From contig CALXNA010000008.1 of assembly GCA_944389615.1 (NCBI GenBank), forward strand, positions 16,194-80,193: a stretch of DNA of 64,000 nt, read 5' to 3'. The position numbers and the translations under genes were made by a program. Origin of the DNA: an uncultured Anaerobiospirillum sp. Its GTDB lineage: Bacteria; Pseudomonadota; Gammaproteobacteria; Enterobacterales; Succinivibrionaceae. The notes below the pieces were generated by a model. That model was not told where the DNA came from. It was given only the letters and a program-made list of their open reading frames with translations, and searched no databases. Each line of letters opens with the position of its first letter. Position 1 is the stretch's first letter. Shown one piece after another: positions 53,022-64,000 of the stretch.

Positions 53022-56000
53022 ATGGACTCTTGGCAAATCTGGCGTCAGGCAATTTTAAGGGTTGCTACGTCAACAGCAGAGACCTTAGAGGCGAAGGTCA
53101 TCAAGCTCTTCTTCTATGAGGTGGGCTTCATCCTTGACCTTGAGCTCGATAAGGTTCGTCTCGTCTGCTCCTCGGAATACGCCTTAAGGAGCTTTGCTCC
53201 TTATAGCTGGCGGTGCTTTGCCGAGGTCAAGGCGCTGCTGCGTAACCCAAATCTCGGCTACTCTTTGGAGATCGTATCGCCCAAGGAGCAGGCCGTGCTG
53301 TGCGCTTCAGGTAAGCTGCCTCAATCTGAGTTCTTAGCGGGGATTAGCCTCGCTGAGTCCGAGCTTCAGGCGCCATCAACCTTCCCTAAGGTTGATTGCA
53401 TCATCACCTCAGGCCCGACGGCGGGCTTTAATCCGATCAATGTCGGCGTTAGCACTTTCCCACAAGGCTTAAGTCCTCTGGGAGGCGCATGCGCAGCGGC
53501 TTGGAGCGCTCCTATCGCCCCAAGTGTCGCGCCTACTTTCCCACAAGTAACGCCGGTCAGCGCCCCTGCGGCACAACAACCTGCGCAGGCCGCTGCGGAT
53601 GCGAGCGCATCTGCAGCAAGCGCGCCTGCTGCGGCTGGAAGCGCGCCTGATACGAGTGCCTCCGCCTCTACCGATTTTGCGCCTACTGCGGCCGCAAGCC
53701 GTCAGTATGGCTCTTACCCTATTCAGGAGCAGTCAGCTGCTGCGGTCACGACAGATCAGGTCTTTGGCCACGGTGGTGAAGCTGCGACTGATGTTGTAAA
53801 AACTGGCGATTTAGCATCGCTACGGTTAACTGATAACTCCTCGTTTAGTGAGGAACATGACACAAACCATCGGGAATTCAAAACTTCGTCATGGGTTACA
53901 GCTCCCCAACCGAGCAACTGCGTTTCCGGCATCGAATTCTCCGAGCCAGCGCAGGATGATGCGGTCCATAACCAGACTTATGATCGCCAGTCCCTTAACA
54001 ACAGCGATTTAGCTCAGCCTTCAGCGGAAGGATTAGCTCCTGAGGCCTATGAGTTCATGGCGCCTCCGGTTAGCTGCGCCCCGGTCGATCTGCCGCCTGA
54101 AGACGACTTCGTCTTAGCCGGGGCCGATATGCATGGCGCCAGCGGCTTAGGCGTTGAGCTCACCGCGGCCGGAGCGCTGCAGAGCGCGCAGCCGGGCCCT
54201 TCAGGGGGCACGGCCGCCAAGTTCAATCAAAACGCTGAGGCTTTAGCCGCACGCATCAACAACACCTTGTTGGTGCCGCCGTTTGATTACCCAGAAGGGG
54301 CCTCGTACGACGACTGGTATGCCCAAACAGGCTACCAAGCCGCAACCTCGGCCCTGCCGCCGCGCGAGCAGTTTGAGCTGTTCCCTTTTGATCCAGATCT
54401 GCAGCCGCCCCAGCGCGACTTTGATGAACCTGAGATCGCGGTAGTCACTCCGTCTACCCCGTCGGCGCCTCACACCGCGTCTGTGGCCCCTCAGGCTATG
54501 CCGTCCCAGGCTCCTCAAGTAGCTTCGCAAGTAGCTGTGCCGCACTCTGTGCCACAAGTTGTGCCGCAGGCGCAGCCGATGCCTGCGCAGATTCCTGCGC
54601 TGGGGCCGCAAGCGGTGCTGCCTCCTGCTGAGGTGTCGCCGCAAGTGACGTCTCACTTGCCGCCGCAAGATTTGGTGCCATCAGAGTTAGCCCGCCCGCA
54701 GTCTCAGGTCGAGACTGCTTTGGTGTCTCATCAGACCAAGGTGATGCCTGAGATTAGACTTCAAGCCCAGCTAGGGGCGACTCTTGCTCAGCCGCAGGTG
54801 CCGCTGCAGGTGCCGCAGGCTCAGCCGGTAGCACAGCCCGTAGTGCAGCCTGCTGCCGTGGCAGCGACCGTTTTGTCGGATGTGCCGCAGTCGGTACAGG
54901 ATATTACGCGCTGCGAAGAGCTGGCCGATGAAATCTTGCAGCCCACGCATGCCTCGGCCTTGGTGAGGGAAGCCTTAAACGTTAAGGCCCAGCGCGAGCA
55001 AGCCGCCCGCAGCGCCAGCATTGCGGCCTTACCGAAGGTGGTATCAGGCCCGATGGCTAGCGTCTATGCCGCGGCCGCCAAGCGTAAGCGCAATTGTTCG
55101 TCGCTGCCGCAGCCTAATGCGCTGTTAAGCCAAGAGAAGGTGCAGACCACGACGCTCAATCCTGATGAGCCAGCGGTGCTACCGGCTCCGGAGTTGCTGC
55201 GCCAAGTCGAGCAAGGCGTGGGTGGACTCACCCCATTCTTACCGAACGATGGCTCGCGCCATCAGCTCAACTTAGATAACTTCAAGTTGAGCGCTGAGCA
55301 GATTGCCGCTAGCAAGAAGCTCAATCAGGTCTTAGCCGAACAGTTTAAACAGATCTCGTCCCAGCGCTTGATCTACAAGGCCCGTCAAGCTGAGTTGGCC
55401 AAAAACCGCGCCATGTCGCATAAGCGTAAGGGCGAGCCACAGCTGCTGGAGCGCTTTGAGGGTTACTTGCCGGGCATGGATCCGGTGACCTTCCAGCCGC
55501 TGCCGCAAAATCAGCTCGATCCGCTGCATCCTAATGCCTTAGGCGGGATGCCGCTTGCGGGCAGTCCGTTTGCCCCGCAAGTGCCAGAGCAGCCGGAGCT
55601 GACGCTCTCCGTGCCGATGGTTGAGGTCAATCCGGTCAAGACCTTTAGCACCTATGTCTCGGATACACGCAACTTCGAGATTTTGAATGCTGCTTCGCTG
55701 TTGGCGCAGTATGTGGGCGTGCCGCAAGTCAACCCATTCTTACTCTACGGTGACTCGGGCGTGGGCAAGACCCATATCCTGCATGCGATTGCCAACGCGA
55801 TTGCGTACTATCACCCTGAGTACAAGGTGGCCTTTATCCGCGCCGAAGAGTTCTTGCAGAACTATGTCTCTTCGATCTCGGAGAGCGGTAAGAATCGCTT
55901 TGCTGACAGTCAGATCTACTTCCAGCAGGCCTTTTTGCAGTATGACGTGTTGATTTTCGACGACATCCAAGCCTTGGCTAAGGGCGTCAAGAGCCGTCAG

Positions 56001-56684
56001 GTCTTCTTTGAAGTGATCTCGGCCTTCCTTGATCGTCCGGGCACGCAGCTTATTGTGGCTTCGAATCAGATGCCACGTGAGCTCAAGGACAAGGGCTTTG
56101 ATGCCAGCTTGCTCTCGCGCATGGGCTCAGGTTTATGCATGCCGCTGCTCAAGCCGAACTGGGCCAATCGCCGCGACATCGTCAACGCCAAGTGCCAAGA
56201 GATGGGGATCACCATGTCTGAGGACATTGTGGACTACATCTCGATGAACCTCAATCCGAACGTGCGTGAGATCGAGGGTGCGTTGAAGACGCTGCACTCC
56301 TTCTTAAACAGCAATGGCTCACTCACCTATGACGATGCTGTGCGTACGCTCTCAGGCTTCATTAGCGCTGGGGCGGGCCATGTGCTCACCATAAGTGAGA
56401 TCCAGTCGACCGTGGCCAAGGAGTTTGGTGTGTCGGTCAAAGACTTGCTCTCCAGCTGCAAGAAGAAGGCGATCTCGCAGGCGCGCTCGCTGGCCATGAC
56501 CATTGCCCGCGATGTCATCGCCAACAACTCGCTCAACGATCTGGGGCGTGCCTTCAAGAAGGATCACACCTCAGTGCACGAAGCGATTGTCCGTACCCGT
56601 GATCGACTCCAGCATGACAGCGCCTTAAAAGAAAAGTACGATCACATCATCAAGGCCTTATCCGAGCTGGCGCGCAAGCCATAG
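53022..56684 (+). CDS. dnaA: Chromosomal replication initiator DnaA, 1220 aa with a ~780-aa Pro/Ala/Gln-rich domain II
   Basis: Domain I-like N-terminus (aa 1-90). AAA+ domain III with GDSGVGKTH (aa 910-918) and VLIFDDIQ. Domain IV has ISQARSLAMTIARDV...LNDLGRAFKKDHTSVHEAI. The frame stays open throughout. Confidence 0.85.
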   Translation: MDSWQIWRQAILRVATSTAETLEAKVIKLFFYEVGFILDLELDKVRLVCSSEYALRSFAPYSWRCFAEVKALLRNPNLGYSLEIVSPKEQAVLCASGKLPQSEFLAGISLAESELQAPSTFPKVDCIITSGPTAGFNPINVGVSTFPQGLSPLGGACAAAWSAPIAPSVAPTFPQVTPVSAPAAQQPAQAAADASASAASAPAAAGSAPDTSASASTDFAPTAAASRQYGSYPIQEQSAAAVTTDQVFGHGGEAATDVVKTGDLASLRLTDNSSFSEEHDTNHREFKTSSWVTAPQPSNCVSGIEFSEPAQDDAVHNQTYDRQSLNNSDLAQPSAEGLAPEAYEFMAPPVSCAPVDLPPEDDFVLAGADMHGASGLGVELTAAGALQSAQPGPSGGTAAKFNQNAEALAARINNTLLVPPFDYPEGASYDDWYAQTGYQAATSALPPREQFELFPFDPDLQPPQRDFDEPEIAVVTPSTPSAPHTASVAPQAMPSQAPQVASQVAVPHSVPQVVPQAQPMPAQIPALGPQAVLPPAEVSPQVTSHLPPQDLVPSELARPQSQVETALVSHQTKVMPEIRLQAQLGATLAQPQVPLQVPQAQPVAQPVVQPAAVAATVLSDVPQSVQDITRCEELADEILQPTHASALVREALNVKAQREQAARSASIAALPKVVSGPMASVYAAAAKRKRNCSSLPQPNALLSQEKVQTTTLNPDEPAVLPAPELLRQVEQGVGGLTPFLPNDGSRHQLNLDNFKLSAEQIAASKKLNQVLAEQFKQISSQRLIYKARQAELAKNRAMSHKRKGEPQLLERFEGYLPGMDPVTFQPLPQNQLDPLHPNALGGMPLAGSPFAPQVPEQPELTLSVPMVEVNPVKTFSTYVSDTRNFEILNAASLLAQYVGVPQVNPFLLYGDSGVGKTHILHAIANAIAYYHPEYKVAFIRAEEFLQNYVSSISESGKNRFADSQIYFQQAFLQYDVLIFDDIQALAKGVKSRQVFFEVISAFLDRPGTQLIVASNQMPRELKDKGFDASLLSRMGSGLCMPLLKPNWANRRDIVNAKCQEMGITMSEDIVDYISMNLNPNVREIEGALKTLHSFLNSNGSLTYDDAVRTLSGFISAGAGHVLTISEIQSTVAKEFGVSVKDLLSSCKKKAISQARSLAMTIARDVIANNSLNDLGRAFKKDHTSVHEAIVRTRDRLQHDSALKEKYDHIIKALSELARKP

Positions 56685-57333
56685 TGCGCCTGAGTGTGCC
56701 TGAGTGCGTTGTAGCGCGCCTGCGGCGCAGCCGCGGTGCCTAGGCGCTTGGTACGTTGTCTTGGCCCTGCCGCACCCGCGGCGTTCCCTTTCTTGCTCTC
56801 CCCCGCGCCTGCGTTGACGTGGGATTTTTATGCCGTTTTGGTCGTAGGTGTATAATAAAGGGGATTTGCCCCAGATTGTTTGGCGCAGGGTGACAACCTG
56901 CCGGGCACCGGCAGCGTACGGACAGACCTCGTGGTTCTGTTCCGTTGTTTAAAGGAGAATTTGGTGCAGAGAACAGTGTATGTGCTCGACCGCTGCGGCC
57001 CGCCGGTACTGCCGTCCAAGGCAGCTGCTTACAGTCGGCAGATGCAAGCTCAATTAGGCGCCTGCTCTGTGCTAGGGGGGAGGTGGTGTAACGAGGTACG
57101 GGCCTGCGGTGAGGTGTGCTTGTGCAGCGGATGGCGCAGCCGCTGTGATTTTGCTCTGCGTCAGCTTGACAGCCCCTGCCGGAAGCTTAAGCTCAGTGAG
57201 CAACGCCCTACATATTTAACCGAGTTTAGGTCGAAGGCACAGCACGCTGACGGCCAGAAGATTAATCATAGCTAAGAGGAGGCGGCTATTCCTCCGCTGC
57301 CTGAAGAGGCGGTGGTCTCCTTGCCGTAAATTG

Positions 57334-58494
57334 ATGAAATTCACTGTTCCTGTTCAAACCATCATTGACCCAATCACGCGCGTCGCCTCGATTTGTGTCA
57401 GCAATTCATCAAACCCAGATGATTTGGCTCAATACCTCATGCTTGATGTCAAGAAGACGGGCATCACCATGACCGGTACTGATGGCACGGTTCAGCTCAA
57501 AGCCGAGATCCCTTTGCCCGAAGGTGCGTGTGAGTCAGAAGGCTCGTTCTTGATGATGGCCAATCGTGCCAGTGAATTCTTCAAGGCGCTGGGCAACAAC
57601 GACGACGTCGCGCTGACTCTTGACCCTGATGAAGACCTGCTCAAGATCTCATCGGCCCAGAACGATTACTCGATGCGCGTCCGCGCTGTGCCGGAAGATA
57701 ACTCCTTCCCGCTGTTTGCCTTAGAGGAGGCGGAGGCCCCTAAGTTCATCGAGATCGAAGAGAACAAGCTGCGCTACATGTTAGAGAAGTCAGTGTTCTG
57801 CGTCTCGCGCGATAATTATCGCGATTACTTGAAGGGCGTGCGCTTTGAGATCGAAAACAGCGAGCTGTCGATCTTCGCCTTGGACGGTCACCGCATGGCG
57901 GCGATCCAAACCCAGCTGCAAAACCCTCCTGAGGGCGATGTGAAGTTCCTGATGACGCTGCGCGGTGTCACCGAGCTGCAGAAGTTGCTCTCCAACACCC
58001 AAAACTCGCTGGTCAAGCTGGCCGTCACCGAGAACTTCATCTATACCCAGATCAACTGCTACACCATCGTCAACCGCCTGCTCAAGTGCAAGTACCCAAA
58101 TGTACGCGGCGTGCTGCCTAAGGAGTGCGCCCCGGAGCTGCACATCCCGCTTGAGGAGTTAAAGACCAATGTTAAGCGCGTTGCCTTGTTCTCGAACAAG
58201 CGCCTTAACTTGGTTAACTTCACCTTCACTCACAACCTGTTAACCCTGAACACACAGAACAGTGAGCACGAGACCGCCAAGGCCATCATCCACATCGACT
58301 ACCCAGATGAGACCGGCCATCGTGAGTCCAACCTCAACTACGACTACGTGCGCGAGATCTTAAACGTCACCGATACCGATGAGGTGGTCTTCGGCTTCTC
58401 GCCGCCATACACCAACACGCAGATCCGTCCTAAGGACGTGGTCAATGAGATGGGCGTACGCATTCGCTATGTCGTAAGCCACATCATGGTTTAG
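57334..58494 (+). CDS. dnaN: DNA polymerase III beta sliding clamp
   Basis: MKFTVPVQTIIDPITRV..., typical length and position. ATG at 57334 (the ORF track starts at a TTG at 57331). Confidence 0.93.
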   Translation: MKFTVPVQTIIDPITRVASICVSNSSNPDDLAQYLMLDVKKTGITMTGTDGTVQLKAEIPLPEGACESEGSFLMMANRASEFFKALGNNDDVALTLDPDEDLLKISSAQNDYSMRVRAVPEDNSFPLFALEEAEAPKFIEIEENKLRYMLEKSVFCVSRDNYRDYLKGVRFEIENSELSIFALDGHRMAAIQTQLQNPPEGDVKFLMTLRGVTELQKLLSNTQNSLVKLAVTENFIYTQINCYTIVNRLLKCKYPNVRGVLPKECAPELHIPLEELKTNVKRVALFSNKRLNLVNFTFTHNLLTLNTQNSEHETAKAIIHIDYPDETGHRESNLNYDYVREILNVTDTDEVVFGFSPPYTNTQIRPKDVVNEMGVRIRYVVSHIMV

Positions 58495-58590
58495 GCAGTA
58501 GTGCGCTAAGCCTGCCCAGAGCTCTTGCTTGGTCGGGGCGACCTTGCAAGAGCTTTGTTGTCTTTAGTTCTGGGATGCGGTGGGAAGCTG

Positions 58591-59964
58591 ATGTACATCA
58601 AGCGGCTGCTTATCACTGATTTTCGCAATCTCGAGTACGTGGAGCTGGAGCCCTGTTCAGGCTTCAACTTCATCTGTGGCCCCAACGGCAGTGGCAAGAC
58701 CTCGATCATCGAGGCCATCCACTACCTGTCGCTGGCGCGCTCCTTTCGTACCAGTACCTACCAGTATCTGATTAAGCAAGGTCAGCCGCATTTCACGCTC
58801 TTTGCCCAAGTGCAAGAGGATGGCTCCGAGGTCGATACCTCCATTGGCCTTTTGCGTCCGCGCAATGGTGAGCCTCTCATCAAGATCAACTCCGATCCCA
58901 TTACCCGTATGGTCGATCTGATCGACCACATCTACGTGCAAATCATCCATCCCCAAGGCGTTGACCTACTCACCAAGTCAGCTGAGATGCGGCGTGCCTT
59001 TATCGATTGGGGCGTGTACTACACCGATCCGGAGTTCAAGCAGCTCTGGCTGCAGTATCGCAAGACGCTCAAGCAGCGCAATTCCTTGCTGCGCCGCCTC
59101 ACCCCCAAACGGCGCCCCGACTGTGCCTCAGACTACTCCTCAAGCGCTCTCACCGCGCTACAAGGTGATGCGCTCCTGACGCTCCATGATGCGTGGGCGC
59201 AGGGCGGCAGCGTCTTTGGTGGCGGCTTTACTGAACTGAGTGTCTGGGATGAGGCTGTGGCGCGCCTGTCTGAGCAGATCACGCACAAGCGCCTTGCCTA
59301 CCTTGAGCGGCTACAGGTGATCTTGCAGGAGATTGTGGGCCAGTTTTTGCCTGATTTCCGCCTGAAGTTTGAGCTGAACCAAGGCTGGGATAAAGGCCAA
59401 GATCTCCGGCATTTGCTCGCGCAAAACCTTGAAAAAGATCGGGGATTAGGCTATACTTTATACGGTTGTCATAGGGCTGATCTGAAGATCAAAAACAACA
59501 ACATTTCAGCAGGAGCGACCCTCTCGCGAGGGCAACTCAAAATGCTGGTGTATGCGATGCGTTTAGCGCAGGGCATGTTGCTGCGGCAACTCACCAATCG
59601 CACCTGCATCTACCTCATCGATGATCTCAACTCCGAGCTCGATGAGCGGGCGCAGCGCATCTTGCTAGACACGCTGGTGCAGTGTGAGCACCAAGTCTTT
59701 ATCAGCAACATCCAGCAAGAACTGCACTTCCCCAGTGACCAATCCAAGTGCAAGGTTTTTACCTTAGATCGCGGTAAGCTGGTGCCACACGCCCCGGCGC
59801 CTGCGCCGGACGCTCCCGCTCAGGACGCGTCGGCTACACCGAACGCGCCGACCGCACCAGCGGCCTCCGTCGAGGCCGCGGCGAGCGCGCCCGAGGAGGC
59901 GACCGTGGCCCGCGCTGCGGCCCGCGCAGAAGGCGCGGCGGCGCAGGAGCCTGCAGCGGTCTAA
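58591..59964 (+). CDS. recF: DNA replication and repair protein RecF, with an internal insertion and an Ala/Pro-rich C-terminal tail
   Basis: MYIKRLLITDFRNLEYVELEP...GPNGSGKTSIIEAI. The signature region LSRGQLKMLVYAMRLAQ and IYLIDDLNSELD are present. ATG at 58591. Confidence 0.9.
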   Translation: MYIKRLLITDFRNLEYVELEPCSGFNFICGPNGSGKTSIIEAIHYLSLARSFRTSTYQYLIKQGQPHFTLFAQVQEDGSEVDTSIGLLRPRNGEPLIKINSDPITRMVDLIDHIYVQIIHPQGVDLLTKSAEMRRAFIDWGVYYTDPEFKQLWLQYRKTLKQRNSLLRRLTPKRRPDCASDYSSSALTALQGDALLTLHDAWAQGGSVFGGGFTELSVWDEAVARLSEQITHKRLAYLERLQVILQEIVGQFLPDFRLKFELNQGWDKGQDLRHLLAQNLEKDRGLGYTLYGCHRADLKIKNNNISAGATLSRGQLKMLVYAMRLAQGMLLRQLTNRTCIYLIDDLNSELDERAQRILLDTLVQCEHQVFISNIQQELHFPSDQSKCKVFTLDRGKLVPHAPAPAPDAPAQDASATPNAPTAPAASVEAAASAPEEATVARAAARAEGAAAQEPAAV

Positions 59965-62502
<2,538 letters not shown>

Positions 62503-62627
62503 CCCACGGGCCCGCCCGTGGCAGCCCGCGCTCCGTCCTGCGTCCGGGGCTTGCGCCCTAGAGCGCGTCCGCGGGCATCCGCCCGCCTGCCGCGCCTACC
62601 ACAAGGCGCGGCACAGCAGGCATACCG

Positions 62628-62650
62628 AAGGCAGCTGTGGCTGCCTTTTT
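62628..62650 (+). terminator. Rho-independent terminator candidate downstream of gyrB
   Basis: aaggcagc-tgtg-gctgcctt followed by tttc. Confidence 0.6.
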
Positions 62651-62732
62651 CACGTCCAATAAATTTAACATAAGATAAAGGAGCGGGCGCTGGTACCAAG
62701 TGTGAAACTATCGGCACCAACTTGTGGGGAAA

Positions 62733-62748
62733 TGTTCCACGCGGAACA
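62733..62748. other. parS-like site TGTTCCACGCGGAACA (1 mismatch to TGTTCCACGTGGAACA)
   Basis: Embedded in a ~40-bp inverted repeat, cttgtggggaaatgttccac / gcggaacattatcccacaag. Confidence 0.75.
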
Positions 62749-62915
62749 TTATCCCACAAGCACCACGACAATGTTCCACACACTCCGAAGCTCGATTACA
62801 TCAGGCCTGCGCGCCTCGCAGCACTGGTGGGAAAGTGCCGCCAGCACGCTGCTCCACGGCTCGCGCCACCCCCGCAGATGCGGAGCGCACCTCTGCCGCT
62901 GTGGGTTAAAGTCAA

Positions 62916-62931
62916 TGTTCCACATGGAACA
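62916..62931. other. parS-like site TGTTCCACATGGAACA (1 mismatch)
   Basis: Read directly. Followed by ttggtggga. Confidence 0.75.
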
Positions 62932-63009
62932 TTGGTGGGAGGAAATCCATCACGCGCTCAGGCCGTCTCACAAGCGCCGATGGGGTGGGCGCTGCCGCGC
63001 TCGGCTTAA

Positions 63010-63025
63010 TGTTCCACATGGAACA
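63010..63025. other. parS-like site TGTTCCACATGGAACA (1 mismatch)
   Basis: Read directly. Followed by tcgtaggtgggaaaag. Confidence 0.75.
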
Positions 63026-63106
63026 TCGTAGGTGGGAAAAGTGCGAAGCCGAGCATCATAGCCTTGGTGGGAACTGATGGCTTTTCCACCAAGCGCAGGC
63101 CGCATA

Positions 63107-63122
63107 TGTTCCACGTGGAACA
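63107..63122. other. parS site TGTTCCACGTGGAACA (perfect palindrome)
   Basis: Read directly. Followed by tttccccac. Confidence 0.85.
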
Positions 63123-63274
63123 TTTCCCCACTGAATCGAATGCAATCCACCAGCGCTTATCCTTCTGCGCGCAATCAGAAAACTACTGGCAGGCGCACCG
63201 AACAGAGCTGTCTCTACGGTGGGATTTAGAGACATCTGCGCAGCAAAAACCTGATATCTATCAGCTGCGCGCAC

Positions 63275-63290
63275 TGTTCCACGTGGAACA
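63275..63290. other. parS site TGTTCCACGTGGAACA (perfect palindrome)
   Basis: Read directly. Confidence 0.85.
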
Positions 63291-63430
63291 GAGCTTGGGG
63301 GGCAAAAGTGATCAGAGCTGTTCCCACCACTGCGCGCTTAGTAGGAAAGCGCGCAGGTTGGCTGCAGTTTAACTCGTGGGAGATCGCGCCCAGAAGCGCA
63401 TCGCCGCTGATAGATATCGGTTTGGTGTCA

Positions 63431-63446
63431 TGTTCCATGTGGAACA
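63431..63446. other. parS-like site TGTTCCATGTGGAACA (1 mismatch)
   Basis: Read directly. Followed by aagataggtgggaaagg. Confidence 0.75.
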
Positions 63447-63532
63447 AAGATAGGTGGGAAAGGCGGTACTCAGTCACATCATCCAACTAAGAGCCCCCCA
63501 AGAGCTGCCCGCTTCCTTTGATGGTGGATTAA

Positions 63533-63548
63533 TGTTCCGCGTGGAACA
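63533..63548. other. parS-like site TGTTCCGCGTGGAACA (1 mismatch)
   Basis: Read directly. Preceded by gatggtggattaa. Confidence 0.75.
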
Positions 63549-63827
63549 TGGCAGCGCGCACTTTTCCCACGCTCGACAATCTTATTCCCACCGCAGTCGG
63601 GGCAGGCTGGGGGCAATGCGGTGCATCGTGGTGCAAACTGCTGCGAGAAATGGGCAAGAGGAGCGCAGTAGTGCCCACCGCGGTGTCGCGCAGTTTGCCC
63701 GCAGGTCGTTTTCACCCAGCTTGTAACTTTTCTTAGCCTGCGGCGCTACTTGCAGGAAAAGTAAGAGCAGCTCTGGGGAAAATGAGCACAGTAGCGCTCA
63801 AAAGACGATAGATAAGCCGTTTCGTTT

Positions 63828-63843
63828 GGTTCCACGTGGAACA
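63828..63843. other. parS-like site GGTTCCACGTGGAACA (1 mismatch)
   Basis: Read directly. Followed by gtgctcgtgggaaaagc. Confidence 0.75.
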
Positions 63844-63971
63844 GTGCTCGTGGGAAAAGCGCACCAACTTTTGCGCCGCAGCGTCAATCCCACCACGAAT
63901 CAGCCGTGCATATGACCTGCGCGCGCTGGTGGATTGCGCTGGGGATTGGTGGTGGAATCTAAGTGGGATAA

Positions 63972-63987
63972 TGTTCCACGTGGAACA
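63972..63987. other. parS site TGTTCCACGTGGAACA (perfect palindrome)
   Basis: Read directly. Preceded by aagtgggataa. Confidence 0.85.
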
Positions 63988-64000
63988 TTTGGCATAACGC

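Larger units (their letters stand above)
62700..64000. repeat. ORF-poor array of nine 16-bp parS palindromes interleaved with ~20 GTGGGAWW / WWTCCCAC words; continues to the window edge
   Basis: See the individual parS features. Words include cttgtggggaa, ttatcccacaag, ggtgggaaagtg, ggtgggaaaagtg, ggtgggaactg, atttccccac, ggtgggattta, gttcccaccac, ggtgggaaagg, ttttcccacgc, ttattcccaccg, cgtgggaaaagc, aatcccaccac and aagtgggataatg. Confidence 0.8.

Noticed and set aside
62700-64000. Possible CRISPR array, MITE family, or coding ORFs (62702..63031, 63064..63372, 63226..63486, 63454..63726 and others).
   Set aside because: The repeated unit is the 16-bp parS palindrome at irregular 94-295 bp spacing. 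The ORFs overlap each other on both strands, have Arg/Cys/His/Trp-rich compositions and cross the palindromes. I saw no terminal inverted repeats or target-site duplications delimiting units.

Overview
This window is the origin-proximal part of a moderately GC-rich gammaproteobacterial chromosome, with Vibrio/Aeromonas/Pseudomonas-like synteny.

Gene order, left to right:
- a gene fragment running off the left edge
- exbB-exbD-tonB and a convergent TonB-dependent receptor
- ftsY divergent from rsmD
- the atp operon (atpI ... atpBEFHAGDC, minus strand)
- parB-parA-rsmG-mnmG (minus strand)
- a GATC/AT-rich oriC-like region
- efp-earP
- nrdD, a separate small glycyl-radical ORF, and nrdG
- pqiABC
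- a two-gene McrBC-like module (AAA+ NTPase plus PD-(D/E)xK nuclease)
- mnmE-yidC-yidD-rnpA-rpmH (minus strand)
- a ~6 kb poorly coding gap holding a same-orientation GAGCTCAA word array, a decayed ORF chain and 15 GATC sites in ~190 bp
- dnaA-dnaN-recF-gyrB
- at least 1.4 kb of ORF-free DNA carrying nine parS palindromes interleaved with a GTGGGAWW motif

Best candidate for an undescribed system: the module at 36112-42129. It pairs a 1146-aa McrB-like NTPase (unrecognised N-terminal domain, ~470-aa coiled-coil/low-complexity stalk, N-x-D instead of the McrB N-x-x-D) with an 836-aa McrC/DUF524-like nuclease. It sits directly downstream of mnmE with no integrase.

Other notable points:
- a 1220-aa DnaA with a ~780-aa linker
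- a split nrdD
- a dense parS centromere array
- low-complexity expansions in many housekeeping proteins

I recognised no rRNA, tRNA, CRISPR array, transposase or integrase.

Coordinates taken from the ORF track are exact. Coordinates I derived by reading the sequence (sites, hairpins, revised starts) may be off by 1-2 nt.
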